64,000 nt of DNA. Source: Patescibacteria group bacterium (GTDB lineage: Bacteria > Patescibacteriota > WWE3 > UBA101185 > 2-01-FULL-41-18). Shown in pieces: positions 35,918 to 46,658 of the stretch. The position numbers were made by a program, and so were the translations under genes. Every line of letters begins with the position of its first letter. The first letter of the stretch is position 1. The stretch lies in contig JBBTST010000001.1 in NCBI GenBank assembly GCA_038064575.1, positions 35,650-99,649 of the forward strand, in the 5' to 3' direction. The notes beneath the pieces are model-generated. The model did not search any database, was not told where the DNA came from, and worked only from the letters and a program-made list of their open reading frames with translations.

Positions 35918-37495
35918 ATGAAAAAAATTATTTATATTCTAATACCAATAATCTTAATATTAACAATTTTAAGCATTTCGCTATTTAGACAGGAAAAGCT
36001 TAGCCAAAGCGAAATTAGTAGTCTTACACCTGCAAAACAAACATCAGTTATTGAACTTGAAAATGGCGCCACCCTAAGTCTTACAGCATCAATCGTTAAG
36101 AAAAATATAAATGGCGTAGACGTCAAAATGCTTGCCTACAATGGAGAAATACCGGGTCCTTTAATTAAGACTAAAAAAGAATCTGAGATAACTATAAACT
36201 TTACAAATAATATTGATATGAAGTCTACAATTCACTCTCATGGGGTAAGACTTGATAATAAGTTTGATGGAGTTGCAGATCTAACCCAAGAGCCTGTTAA
36301 AATTGGGGACACTTTTGTATACAAAATCAAGTTTCCTGATGAAGGTATGTATTGGTACCATCCACACATAAGAGAAGATTATCAGCAAGAATTAGGGTTG
36401 TATGGCAATTATCTTGTTTCATCTGATGATGCCAGTTATTGGAACCCGGTAAACCAAGAGATACCGTTATTTTTAGATGACATTCAAATGGAAAATGGTC
36501 AAATCGCTTCATTTAGTAGTGAGAAGGTTGATCACGCTTTTATGGGTAGATTTGGAAACGTTATGTTAGTTAATGGAGAAACTAATTATTCTCTTAAAGC
36601 CAAGAGGGGTGAAGTTGTTAGATTTTATTTAACTAATTCAGCCAATACCCGAACTTTCCATTTTATGATCCTCGGCGTTAAATTAAAGCTTGTTGGCGGA
36701 GATAACGGAAGATTTGAAAAAGAAGAGTTAGTTGATGCAGTGATTGTTAGTCCATCAGAACGATATATTGTGGAAGCGTTGTTTGATAAATCAGGAAGCT
36801 TTGAGATACAAAATAAGACTCCGGAAAAAGCCTACAAACTAGGTTCTGTTACAGTTTTAGACCAAGTTACTGAATTGTCGTATGCGGATAAATTTAATAG
36901 CTTAAGGATTAATAGTGATTTACAAGCAGAAATTGCCGGAATAACAAGTAACTTGAGCGCTATTCCACAAAAAAACCTGACTATATCTATCAATCCCATG
37001 GGAATGGGCAGCGGGACGATGAATAATGGCAGTAATAATATGATGGGCGGAGATCACATGATGCATGGCGGTGCTATGATGCAAAATAACGATAATCAAA
37101 AAATAGAGTGGGATGATGACATGGGTATGATGAACAAAAATGCAACAGCAGATGCAATCAAATGGAAACTAATTGACCAAGCAACAGGCAAAGAAAATAT
37201 GGATATAAACTGGACATTTAAGAAAGGTGATTTAGTTCGCATTAAGTTGTTTAATGATCCAAATTCCCTGCATCCAATGCAACATCCTGTGCATATTCAC
37301 GGACAAAGATTCTTAGTTCTAAGTACAAATAACGTTGAAAATACAAATAAGGTATGGAAAGATACAGCCTTGATACAAACAGGGGATACGGTTGAGTTTT
37401 TGGTGCAAATGGATAACATAGGGGATTGGCTTATTCACTGCCACATACCAGAACACATGGAATCTGGTATGATGTCAAAATTTGAAGTTATTTAA
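35918..37495 (+). CDS. multicopper oxidase (CueO/CumA-like) with Met-rich insert
   Basis: HSHG, WYHPH, HPVHIHG, HCHIPEHMESGMM. Confidence 0.95.
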   Translation: MKKIIYILIPIILILTILSISLFRQEKLSQSEISSLTPAKQTSVIELENGATLSLTASIVKKNINGVDVKMLAYNGEIPGPLIKTKKESEITINFTNNIDMKSTIHSHGVRLDNKFDGVADLTQEPVKIGDTFVYKIKFPDEGMYWYHPHIREDYQQELGLYGNYLVSSDDASYWNPVNQEIPLFLDDIQMENGQIASFSSEKVDHAFMGRFGNVMLVNGETNYSLKAKRGEVVRFYLTNSANTRTFHFMILGVKLKLVGGDNGRFEKEELVDAVIVSPSERYIVEALFDKSGSFEIQNKTPEKAYKLGSVTVLDQVTELSYADKFNSLRINSDLQAEIAGITSNLSAIPQKNLTISINPMGMGSGTMNNGSNNMMGGDHMMHGGAMMQNNDNQKIEWDDDMGMMNKNATADAIKWKLIDQATGKENMDINWTFKKGDLVRIKLFNDPNSLHPMQHPVHIHGQRFLVLSTNNVENTNKVWKDTALIQTGDTVEFLVQMDNIGDWLIHCHIPEHMESGMMSKFEVI

Positions 37496-38294
37496 TCCCA
37501 ACCAACTCAATTCTTTCTCCGCCTGTAAAGTTTGTTTCCAATACCATTGCACCAAGTTCCGCGCAATAATATTTGTACTCTCTTGCATCTTTATCAAGAG
37601 GAGTCCAATCGTACATTTTCACGCAATTTGTGTAAGAACCCATTTTTATCTTTAAGGGTTCAGACGTACTAATAACATCTCTCATATCCTCAGCCTTCCC
37701 TTTATAATATTCCTGTTTGTAAGAATCCCCTTTCACATGCTCAGCTTTAATCCAAAGACCGGGTTCAGCTCCATCAACACCCGCTAACCAAGCACCCTCA
37801 TGATCCAAAAGTTTTCCGTCTTCATAATTATCAACGTCCTCACCAAAATACCAAACATTGCCCATGTCATCCTGAGCAAGATAATCTCTTGTATCTTCAA
37901 CTAATTCCCCATCCAACCACACCTTATCCCTATATATTAGTGTCTTTACACCGGCAACAAGTTTAGTATCCCCATTTATAGATATAACTATTTTCTCCAA
38001 GCCATCTTCTGTTTTACCCTCATAGGTTAACTCCCTTCCAACAGGCAGGCTGAAATATTTATTATTAATAGTTGTTGTAAATCTTAACGGGTCAATTTTG
38101 GCAGGATCCATTAATACCGGCTTTTTCTCCTCTAAAGTAGCATCCTCAACAACATCTTTCTCCCTAACTTTTGCTGTTTCAGAGACATCTGTTGGAAGGG
38201 GTGTTTTTTGTGCAGTTTTACTTAAAAGACTTAAAGCAACATACCCCCCGAGACCAAGAATAATTACAAGTAAAACAATTGGTAGTTTTTTCAT
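37488..38294 (-). CDS. exported hypothetical protein
   Basis: N-terminal TM; globular domain containing GNVWYFGE and WLAGVDGA. Confidence 0.75.
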   Translation of the reverse strand: MKKLPIVLLVIILGLGGYVALSLLSKTAQKTPLPTDVSETAKVREKDVVEDATLEEKKPVLMDPAKIDPLRFTTTINNKYFSLPVGRELTYEGKTEDGLEKIVISINGDTKLVAGVKTLIYRDKVWLDGELVEDTRDYLAQDDMGNVWYFGEDVDNYEDGKLLDHEGAWLAGVDGAEPGLWIKAEHVKGDSYKQEYYKGKAEDMRDVISTSEPLKIKMGSYTNCVKMYDWTPLDKDAREYKYYCAELGAMVLETNFTGGERIELVGIK

Positions 38295-38367
38295 AAGCCT
38301 ATACTAAGATTACAACACACCTTCCATATAAGTTCAAGTAGCCTCTGTAATACTGTAAAATGCACTG

Positions 38368-39531
38368 ATGAACTTATCTTTAGACCAAAAAAAAGCCGTT
38401 AAAGCTCTTCTCGACTGGTTTCATAGCAAAAATAAAACTCCTGTAATCACACTTGGAGGATATGCAGGAACGGGTAAAACCACACTTATCTCATATTTTA
38501 GAAAAAAACTTTATGACAACAGTAAAAAAACAAAAGTGGCATTTTGTAGCTATACTGGAAGGGCAACCCAAAATTTAAAAAATAAGCTAGGTCAAAATGC
38601 TACAACCTACTGGCAGGATAAACTAAGTACTATTCATGGGCTAATGTACAATCCTATTGAAAATGCTCATCAGGAAATTGTAGGCTGGGAGAAAAAAGAG
38701 CAAATTGAAGCCGATTTAATAATAATTGATGAGGCATCTATGGTTGATGAGTTGATTTTCAAGGACTTGTTATCTTTCACTATCCCAATTATTGCTGTTG
38801 GAGACCATGGGCAACTTCCGCCAATCAACGGAAATTTCAACCTGATGCAAACGCCCAATATTACTCTAACCCAAATCCACAGACAGGCAAAAGACAACCC
38901 TATAATAAAGATCTCTATCCTGGCAAGAGAAAAGGGTAGCATCCCAGTTAAAAGCTTTGGGAAAAATATCTCCAAATATGCGCTATCCAATCCTGAAGCA
39001 TCTGAAATAAGTTCACAACTCCTTAAAAACTATTCACCAGACACTCTCATCCTTTGCGGCTATAACTCAACAAGAACTAAAATTAATAGCTTCATCAGAT
39101 CTGATTTAGGCTTTGACACTCCTACTCCCCAAGCTAATGATAGAGTAATTTGCTTAAGAAACAATCATGAGAAAAGCATTTACAATGGGATGTTAGGAAC
39201 GGTGCTTAAGATCTCAAAGAAGGATGAGAACTGGTTTAACGCTGAAATAGAAATGGACGGCTCTGAAAAACTATATTCAGGGCTTATATTCGCTCCTCAA
39301 TTTGGAGCTTTGCAACCTGTTAATTTTACACAAAACAGAAGGCTTGCCCTGGCTGGAGATTTGTTTGATTTTGGCTACGCACTGACAGTTCACAAAGCTC
39401 AGGGCAGTCAGGCAAAAAGAGTGATTTTGTTTGAAGAGAAATTTCAAAAAATGGATAAAACTATGTGGAAAAGATGGCTATACACAGGCATAACAAGGGC
39501 TGAAGAAGAGCTTTTCTTATTTGGAAACTAA
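38368..39531 (+). CDS. RecD/Dda-like SF1B DNA helicase
   Basis: GYAGTGKT, IIDEASM, VGDHGQLPP, HRQ, ALTVHKAQGS, YTGITRA. Confidence 0.92.
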   Translation: MNLSLDQKKAVKALLDWFHSKNKTPVITLGGYAGTGKTTLISYFRKKLYDNSKKTKVAFCSYTGRATQNLKNKLGQNATTYWQDKLSTIHGLMYNPIENAHQEIVGWEKKEQIEADLIIIDEASMVDELIFKDLLSFTIPIIAVGDHGQLPPINGNFNLMQTPNITLTQIHRQAKDNPIIKISILAREKGSIPVKSFGKNISKYALSNPEASEISSQLLKNYSPDTLILCGYNSTRTKINSFIRSDLGFDTPTPQANDRVICLRNNHEKSIYNGMLGTVLKISKKDENWFNAEIEMDGSEKLYSGLIFAPQFGALQPVNFTQNRRLALAGDLFDFGYALTVHKAQGSQAKRVILFEEKFQKMDKTMWKRWLYTGITRAEEELFLFGN

Positions 39532-39537
39532 TATAAT

Positions 39538-40086
39538 TTAGTTTTTATCCTTCCACAAAAGGTCAAACAACCACACAGCACTCTCAACCAGCGGAAGCTT
39601 ATCAATCTCATGTTGTCTAAACCATTTGGCATCTTGAACCTTGCCTTCAATATCTTTGCCGAGTGTACTTTGCTTGGTTTTAGCAAGGTAAAAGAAAATA
39701 ACAGTATGATAATTATAGTTTGGAAACAAAGCTTCTTTAAAACAAACAAACTCTAAATCTTTTACAACAAGCCCTGTTTCTTCCTGCAATTCCCTTTTAG
39801 CTGCTTCTTCTAAACTCTCGCCAAATTCCACCTTTCCCCCGGGAACTATCCATTTGCTCTTACCACCTTCTAAGACCTCATTAACTAACAAGTATTTATC
39901 TTTATTTTTAGCCAGAACCCCAACAATAACCTTTGGTTTTCTCTCCGCCATCTTTATTTTTATCTTGGGAGGAATCTCTCTACAACCGCATTCTCTTGCA
40001 TGATTTACATGCCACTGAATTCTTTGAGCCTCTTTTGGTCTTTTAGGCAATGGGTTTTCTTTGTGCCACTCTTTATTTGTTTTCAT
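39538..40086 (-). CDS. Nudix hydrolase with N-terminal His/Cys mini-domain
   Basis: PGGKVEFGESLEEAAKRELQEETG; N-terminal WH...WHVNHARECGCR. Confidence 0.9.
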   Translation of the reverse strand: MKTNKEWHKENPLPKRPKEAQRIQWHVNHARECGCREIPPKIKIKMAERKPKVIVGVLAKNKDKYLLVNEVLEGGKSKWIVPGGKVEFGESLEEAAKRELQEETGLVVKDLEFVCFKEALFPNYNYHTVIFFYLAKTKQSTLGKDIEGKVQDAKWFRQHEIDKLPLVESAVWLFDLLWKDKN

Positions 40087-40208
40087 TTTCCTATTATTTA
40101 ATTTTTGTTAAAAATTCTCAACTAACAAAACTAAGACCATCTTTAGCTTCTAAAGTTCCAGCTTTTTTACTAGTCTCAGAAGGTGAGCAAAAACAGTATC
40201 AAAAAAAA

Positions 40209-40628
40209 CTAGTCAATTAGCCCCTGTTTTTTAAGTCTTGGGATAACCTCATGCTCAAAAATGGATCCTACTTTAATGTCTTCCGGAATCTTTGAAGTTA
40301 GCCATAATATTTCTTCTATTACTTCCTCGCCGTTTGTTGGAACTGGATCCCCTTCCCATTTCTTAACTAAAAAACAGGTCATTTGAACATACTTTTCTTC
40401 ATCCCCCGCTGCACGGGCCAGAAAAGTACCAAACTCCTCCAAATCACCCCCGTCTACAAAAACATTAACCTCTTCTTTTAGCTCTCTAATAATTGTTTCC
40501 TTAGGAGTTTCACCTTTCTCAATAGAACCACCGGGAGCAATGAAAGGTATTTTACCCTTCTCTCTTGTAACAAGAAGCTTCCTGCTTTTTATTAAAATTC
40601 CAGCAGCCTTGTTATAGTAAATTTCCAT
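40209..40628 (-). CDS. Nudix hydrolase
   Basis: PGGSIEKGETPKETIIRELKEEV. Confidence 0.9.
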   Translation of the reverse strand: MEIYYNKAAGILIKSRKLLVTREKGKIPFIAPGGSIEKGETPKETIIRELKEEVNVFVDGGDLEEFGTFLARAAGDEEKYVQMTCFLVKKWEGDPVPTNGEEVIEEILWLTSKIPEDIKVGSIFEHEVIPRLKKQGLID

Positions 40629-40677
40629 TGTGTTTATTTTAAACTCATCACTCTAAATGAGCAAAGCCAAACAGAAT

Positions 40678-42123
40678 TTATAAATAAGTGAGCACTCCCT
40701 CCTTGAGGTTTAACATTTTTTTAACACCTATGCTTTCTACAAAGTACCTGTCGTGAGAAACTAGCAAAAGCGTACCACCAAACTCTCTTAAAGATTTTTC
40801 TAGCACCTCTTTTGTGTCTATATCCAAGTGATTGTCCGGCTCATCCAAAATCAAAAAATCATATTTCTTATTTGCAAAAATTGCCAGCTTAAATCTGGCT
40901 CTTTCTCCGGGACTTAACTGCCAGATTCTTTTTTTTACTGCCTCCTTATCAAACAGAAACTTAGCAAGTTGCCCATAAGCATCTCCAAAATAAACACCTG
41001 TTTCTTTGACAAAATAGTCAAAGAGGTTATCTTCAAAATCCAAATTGGTCTGGACTTGAGAAAAGTAACCGGTTGTTATATTTTCTCCAATCCTTACTTT
41101 ACCGGCGGACTGCGCTTCCTCCCCTACAATTATTTTTACAAGTGTAGATTTACCACCTCCGTTTGGGCCAAAAAGCCAAACTTTTTCCCCGCTTCTTAGT
41201 TCAAAATTCAATTTTTCAAAAACACCTCTTCCTCCATAATTCTTACTAACATCTTCAAACCTGGTCATAAGCTTTCCTTCTCCAACCTCAGTTTTAAAAC
41301 TAAGCCCTTTAAGCCTTTTAACAACGTACTTTTCTTTTTTATTCTCCCCTTCAACCTCCCTCTCTATTCTTTTTTTTGCAGCACTAACTGCATTACCTCT
41401 TTTTTTTCCTTTAATTTTTCTGGCGTTTTCTAACAGCTTTTCCAATTGGGCTTTTTTCTTTAGAAATCTAACATACTCCTCATCCCACTTGTTAATCTTT
41501 TTTAACTTTTCCTCTTTATAAGTGTCATAATCTCCAACAAATCTGAAAAGCTTGTGCTTTTCAATTTCCCAAATCTCGTCAACAACATGATTTAGAAACG
41601 ACCTGTCATGAGAAATAAGTACAACTGTTATGGGAAGATGCTTTATATATTCCTCAAACCACATTATTCCCTCAATATCAAGGTGATTAGTAGGTTCATC
41701 AATTAATAGAATTGTTGGATCAGTAAGCATAACTTCAATTAATTTCACTTTCATTTTTTGGCCTTCTGAAAGTGTTGCAAGTTCCTGATAAGGATCAAAG
41801 TTGTGAAATTTAACTTTATCTACAAGCTGCTCAATTTTATAAAACTCCCAAGACTCATTAAGCTTTAATTCAAGGTACTCGCCTACCAAAGTGTTGTTAG
41901 AGAAAGAGAATTCCTGAGGAATATAGGCTAGCACTTCATTTTCCTTCTCAATATACCCCTCAGTTATTTCTTCCTCCCCCATAATCATTTTGAAAAAAGT
42001 AGTTTTTCCACACCCATTTCTGCCAACAACGGCAATTTTTGTACCGTTTCCAATCTTAAAATCAACTTTATCAAGGATGACTCTGTCAAGATATTTCTTT
42101 GTAAGGGCTTTGGTGGTAATCAC
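40678..42123 (-). CDS. ABC-F family ATPase
   Basis: two NBDs (GRNGCGKT/DEPTNHLD; GPNGGGKS/DEPDNHLD), basic linker, no TM. Confidence 0.93.
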   Translation of the reverse strand: MITTKALTKKYLDRVILDKVDFKIGNGTKIAVVGRNGCGKTTFFKMIMGEEEITEGYIEKENEVLAYIPQEFSFSNNTLVGEYLELKLNESWEFYKIEQLVDKVKFHNFDPYQELATLSEGQKMKVKLIEVMLTDPTILLIDEPTNHLDIEGIMWFEEYIKHLPITVVLISHDRSFLNHVVDEIWEIEKHKLFRFVGDYDTYKEEKLKKINKWDEEYVRFLKKKAQLEKLLENARKIKGKKRGNAVSAAKKRIEREVEGENKKEKYVVKRLKGLSFKTEVGEGKLMTRFEDVSKNYGGRGVFEKLNFELRSGEKVWLFGPNGGGKSTLVKIIVGEEAQSAGKVRIGENITTGYFSQVQTNLDFEDNLFDYFVKETGVYFGDAYGQLAKFLFDKEAVKKRIWQLSPGERARFKLAIFANKKYDFLILDEPDNHLDIDTKEVLEKSLREFGGTLLLVSHDRYFVESIGVKKMLNLKEGVLTYL

Positions 42124-42161
42124 AGGAAGATTTTATCACTTAATGGCTTTACTTTACGGCC

Positions 42162-43004
42162 TTATTTTAGCAATAGCGCTCCAATAGTCACTAGCAATGC
42201 AGCTATAACTTTTCTCACAACATTTGATCTTTCCTTCAAAAAGACTATCCCAATGACAACAGTAAGTATGGTTGAGGTTGAGGTTATTAATACAACTCTT
42301 GAAGCCTCCCCATAAGAGAAAGCTTTAATCAAAAAATAGTAGGCAGACACATTCACAAAAGCCAAAAGGATAATCTTCCAATTTGATATTTTCACCTCCT
42401 TTAACAAACCTTTAACAGCAAGTCTGGGAAATAAATACAAAAAAACATTTGGGATGGCATAAGTTAGAAAAGCGTAAAAAGCTAAAGGATAAAAAGAAGA
42501 AAGCCTTTTATCAAAAGACCAGGCAACACCTAAAGATAAAATTACTATTAAAGCATACTTAATACCCTTTTGAACTGCCAATTTTCTTCCTTTGAAAACA
42601 GCCAAAATATTTCCGCCAACAATAAGAAAGGCTGCAATAATTTTAGGAAAAGTGAGAGATTCACCTAAAAATAAAATTGCAATTGTAAAGGTAACAATAG
42701 GAATAAATTTAGTTAAAATTGTGTAGGTAGAAGCCTCCACATACTTTCTGGCAAAAAATTCGTACCTATTAAAAATTCCATAAGTAACCATGTTTAGAGC
42801 AGACAAAATAATCACCCACATAGGAAGAGGTGTAAACTTAGTTTGTTCAAAGACTAGAAAAACCAGAGCAAAGCCGGCAGCTATGGCATTGTACACAAAG
42901 GCAAAAGCTCTGGGATCTTCCGACTTAACTGCCAAAGATCTTCCAAGGATACTGTTAAGAGAAAAAAGAATTGATGATATGAGTGCGTTAATTTCCCAAG
43001 CCAT
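42162..43004 (-). CDS. EamA/DMT-family transporter
   Basis: 10 TMs in two repeats (FLGE, FLKE). Confidence 0.88.
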   Translation of the reverse strand: MAWEINALISSILFSLNSILGRSLAVKSEDPRAFAFVYNAIAAGFALVFLVFEQTKFTPLPMWVIILSALNMVTYGIFNRYEFFARKYVEASTYTILTKFIPIVTFTIAILFLGESLTFPKIIAAFLIVGGNILAVFKGRKLAVQKGIKYALIVILSLGVAWSFDKRLSSFYPLAFYAFLTYAIPNVFLYLFPRLAVKGLLKEVKISNWKIILLAFVNVSAYYFLIKAFSYGEASRVVLITSTSTILTVVIGIVFLKERSNVVRKVIAALLVTIGALLLK

Positions 43005-43205
43005 AGAAAAACTAGCCTATTCCTTAATAATATAAAGATAAGTTGACTGGGTATACAGCCAAATAATCCCTGTTTTAAACGTTATCAAACATGAAAAGCT
43101 ATTTTTTAAACTCTGGCAACAGTTATAATAGCTGGACTAATTAGCTTTCACTCTGGTAAATTCTATGAAGGGAAAATTCCACTTTTCAAAGGAGGTGAAC
43201 AAACA

Positions 43206-43733
43206 ATGGATGAAAACAATAAAAATGCTGACCAGAGTCAAACCAAATTTAACCCCTGGATACTTCTTGCAATAGGAGGAGTTGTACTACTGGGACTTGT
43301 TTTGGCTATGTCAAAGAAAAATTCCAGTACTAAAGAAGTACTAAAACCCACTGAAAAAGCAGAGTCTATAACCAACCAAATAGAAGAAAAGAATGAAAGC
43401 ACTAAAGAAGCCTCTCCGGAAGAAGACTCAGAAAAGTCGGGTGTTATGGAAAAGGCAACTATAAAAGAGTTTACAATTGAAGGTAAAAACTTCTCATTCA
43501 ATCCTGTACAAATAAAAGTTAAAAAAGGTGATAGATTAAAAATCACTTTTAATAACGTTGAGGGGTTTCATGACTTTGTGATTGATGAATTCAATACAAG
43601 AACCAAACAAATAAAAGTCAATGAAAGCGATGTAGTTGAATTCACAGCGGATAAAGCTGGCTCCTTTGAGTACTACTGTAGTGTAGGAAAACATAGAGAA
43701 ATGGGTATGAAAGGAACTCTTATAGTTGAATAA
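43206..43733 (+). CDS. membrane-anchored cupredoxin (type 1 Cu)
   Basis: FHD...YYCSVGKHREMGM; SD AAAGGAGGTG. Confidence 0.9.
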   Translation: MDENNKNADQSQTKFNPWILLAIGGVVLLGLVLAMSKKNSSTKEVLKPTEKAESITNQIEEKNESTKEASPEEDSEKSGVMEKATIKEFTIEGKNFSFNPVQIKVKKGDRLKITFNNVEGFHDFVIDEFNTRTKQIKVNESDVVEFTADKAGSFEYYCSVGKHREMGMKGTLIVE

Positions 43734-43769
43734 ATTAAGTTTGAGGCTGGGGGTGTAATCTTCCAGCCC

Positions 43770-44849
43770 ATGCTTAAATTTGATATGAAAGTATTGTTAA
43801 AGACACTACCCATTTTTCTAATATTCACCGGTATATCTCTAACATTATGGTTTTTAGTAAAGCCAAAAGAATGGTATGAAACTGTAAACAACCCTATTGG
43901 TGAAAAAGCGGAAGTGCTTCCAAAAAATACAAATCCTCTTCAAATTGAACAACTGAGAAAACAAAGTTTTTTAGAAAGTGAGATTTTTATTGAAAAGGCT
44001 TTACCACAAGGATCAAACTACCTAAAATACTTAGTTTACTATAAATCGGAGGGATTAAAAATATACGCTCTATTAACAATCCCCATTGGTACTTCTCCAA
44101 AAGATGGCTGGCCAATTATTGTTTTTAATCATGGCTATATACCCCCCTCTCAGTATAAAACTACTGAAAGATACCTAACCTACACTGACGCTTTTTCCAG
44201 AAACGGTTATGTTCTTATTAAACCGGATTATAGAGGGCACGGGGAGTCTGAAGGTGCTGCTTCAGGTGGCTATGGGTCAAATGTATATACAATAGATGTG
44301 TTAAATGCAGTGTCTGCAACTAAAAAGCTTAAAGATTTACAGACCAACACTCATCTTATTGTAAACCCGGAAAGAATTGGCATGTGGGGACACTCAATGG
44401 GCGGTTTTATCACTCTTAGAAATATGGTAGTCAGAAAAGATATTAAAGCGGGCGTAATCTGGGCAGGAGTGGTAGCCTCTTATGAGGATTTGTTCTCAAA
44501 ATGGAGAAGACCCAATAACCCTTCAAACCCAACCCCTTCTACAAGGGGAGGAACTTGGAGACAAACTTTAGTGCAGGAATATGGTACTCCAAATGAAAAT
44601 CCCAACTTTTGGATGAGTATATCTGCCAATTCTTATTTAAAAGATATTTCTGGGCCTCTTCAGCTTCATCACGGTACAAAAGATAGCTCAGTACCTGTTG
44701 AATTTTCACAAACGTTAAAGGAACAAATGGAAAAAGTAGGTAAAGAAGTAGAACTATACATTTATGATGGAAATGATCACAATCTAAGCGCCAGTTTAGG
44801 AGTGGCTCTTGATAGGTCAGTCAAATTTTTTGACAAATATCTTAAATAA
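43770..44849 (+). CDS. exported alpha/beta-hydrolase (S9-like peptidase)
   Basis: HG, DYRGHG, GHSMGG, HGTKD..V, DH. Confidence 0.88.
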   Translation: MLKFDMKVLLKTLPIFLIFTGISLTLWFLVKPKEWYETVNNPIGEKAEVLPKNTNPLQIEQLRKQSFLESEIFIEKALPQGSNYLKYLVYYKSEGLKIYALLTIPIGTSPKDGWPIIVFNHGYIPPSQYKTTERYLTYTDAFSRNGYVLIKPDYRGHGESEGAASGGYGSNVYTIDVLNAVSATKKLKDLQTNTHLIVNPERIGMWGHSMGGFITLRNMVVRKDIKAGVIWAGVVASYEDLFSKWRRPNNPSNPTPSTRGGTWRQTLVQEYGTPNENPNFWMSISANSYLKDISGPLQLHHGTKDSSVPVEFSQTLKEQMEKVGKEVELYIYDGNDHNLSASLGVALDRSVKFFDKYLK

Positions 44850-44874
44850 AATGAAGAATACTGGAACTAATTGC

Positions 44875-45162
44875 TTACAGTTGAGCATTTAAAAAGGGGA
44901 AATGCTCGTACACTTCTGCTCTAAATTTGTCTGCTAGACTGTTGGTAAAGCCACCAAATCCGGCCTTATAAGTCTTTCCGCAAAGCATGTTTTCATATTT
45001 CTGGACTAGCCTTAGAACCTGTCTTCTCAGTTCTTCAAATTTGACTTTGCATCCTTCATTGTTTGTATCCGCACTTAACTTTTCAAAAGAGTTTTTAAGT
45101 AGGTCAAATATTTCTTTATTATCATTAACCAATAGGTCATAGTATTGCTTGTGTTTAGTCAT
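44875..45162 (-). CDS. hypothetical protein
   Basis: 95-aa helical ORF with TGtTATAAT upstream. Confidence 0.7.
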   Translation of the reverse strand: MTKHKQYYDLLVNDNKEIFDLLKNSFEKLSADTNNEGCKVKFEELRRQVLRLVQKYENMLCGKTYKAGFGGFTNSLADKFRAEVYEHFPFLNAQL

Positions 45163-45261
45163 GATTCAAAGATTATAACATTCGAATCTTTGCTATAATC
45201 CTTCAAGTTATATAAAACTTGATAAGCATGTTAAAAATCGATGGGACAAGATTAAAAAAAA

Positions 45262-46506
45262 TTAATCAATAAAACTTAAAGCAGTACCCTTTTTATTGGC
45301 TCTTCCTGTTCTTCCTATTCTATGTACATAATCCTCATACGTTTCAGGAAGATCATAGTTTATAACATGTGTGATATCAGATATATCAAGACCTCTTGAA
45401 GCCACATCCGTTGCTAGCATAATTTTAACTCTGTTTTGCTTAAATTCTTCCAGGGCTCTTTTTCTTTGATTTTGGTTTTTGTCTCCGTGTAGAGAAGCTA
45501 CTTTAAACCCTCTTTGAAGCAGCTCCTTGGCAAGTTTTTCAACACCCCATTTTGTTCTTCCAAACACCAATACCTTCTCAAAACCCTCTTTTATCAGTAA
45601 GTCATGCAAAACTTCAATTTTCTGTTGGCCATTGGTTTTTACTACATCCTGATCAACATTGTGAGCAGTCTCCTGTTTTTTAACGGAAATAATCATAGGG
45701 TCTCTTAAAAAAGAATGCATAACAACTTTAATGTCTTGTGATAACGTAGCAGAAAAAAATAACGATTGTCTTTCCACTGGCAACTGAGAGATTATAAACT
45801 TAATATCGTTTATAAAGCCCATATCAAGCATCCTATCAACCTCATCTAACACAATTGATCTGTAATTTGCAAAGTTAATTTCTCCTCTGTTTCTCAAGTC
45901 TTTAAGTCTTCCTGGAGTGCCAATTACAATTGAAGGGTTTCTTTTAAGTGAGGAGATCTGATTCCATATACTCATACCCCCAACACAAAGAGTTGAAAAT
46001 ATATACATCCCCCTGGTAAAAGCTATACATTCCTCCTGTATTTGGATGGCAAGCTCATGTGTTGGAGCAATAATTAGAATTTTTTCAGTTTTTGTTGTAA
46101 AAATTTTATTTATTAACGGAATTAAAAAAGCAGCAGTCTTGCCTGTGCCTGTATTTGCTACGCCAACAACATCTCTTCCACTAAGAAGTAGAGGTATAGC
46201 CTGGTCCTGAATAGGTGTTGGAATTTTGTAACCTTTTGCCAAAATACTGGACTTTAGTTTGTCACAAATTTCAAAGTCATTAAAAGTGTGTTTTGATATG
46301 TATTCTTCTTCCGGGGCTTGAAGTATGGCTCTTTTTACAAGCACAGATGGATCAAATTTAAAACCGGACTTCCTACCCCCAAATCTATTAGGTCTGCCAG
46401 AACGCCCAAAACTACCCAACCTTGTAGAGGTAAAACGCGCAGTTCTATTATAATTTTTCCGTTCACTGCTTCTTGAGGCAGCAAAACCTTGTGAGTGTCC
46501 AAACAT
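45262..46506 (-). CDS. DEAD-box RNA helicase
   Basis: Q motif, ANTGTGKT, DEVD, SAT, HRIGRTGR; Arg/Gly-rich N-terminus. Confidence 0.95.
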   Translation of the reverse strand: MFGHSQGFAASRSSERKNYNRTARFTSTRLGSFGRSGRPNRFGGRKSGFKFDPSVLVKRAILQAPEEEYISKHTFNDFEICDKLKSSILAKGYKIPTPIQDQAIPLLLSGRDVVGVANTGTGKTAAFLIPLINKIFTTKTEKILIIAPTHELAIQIQEECIAFTRGMYIFSTLCVGGMSIWNQISSLKRNPSIVIGTPGRLKDLRNRGEINFANYRSIVLDEVDRMLDMGFINDIKFIISQLPVERQSLFFSATLSQDIKVVMHSFLRDPMIISVKKQETAHNVDQDVVKTNGQQKIEVLHDLLIKEGFEKVLVFGRTKWGVEKLAKELLQRGFKVASLHGDKNQNQRKRALEEFKQNRVKIMLATDVASRGLDISDITHVINYDLPETYEDYVHRIGRTGRANKKGTALSFID

Positions 46507-46587
46507 ATTTGTATTTCTAAATTAAAGGAATAAGACTTTCTAAGATAAGAAGAACTATTACTTTAATCGAATCTATAAACTTTATGG

Positions 46588-46616
46588 AGTATACACTAAA
46601 GCAAAAATAAAGTCAA
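46588..46616 (-). promoter_or_regulatory. sigma70 promoter of the DEAD-box gene
   Basis: TTGACT-17-TATACT, giving a ~75 nt 5' UTR. Confidence 0.7.
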
Positions 46617-46658
46617 CTAACTATAGGCCAATCTTTGCTTCTTAGCTTGCTGGATTAG

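Noticed and set aside
38368-40628. RecD-like helicase plus two Nudix genes as a defence system
   Set aside because: Convergent orientation, separate promoters and no nuclease or effector partner.
32987-46632. Similar sequence aactatagg(t/c)caat upstream of the apbE operon and the DEAD-box gene
   Set aside because: Only two copies, non-palindromic, in AT-rich DNA; not enough to call a regulon.
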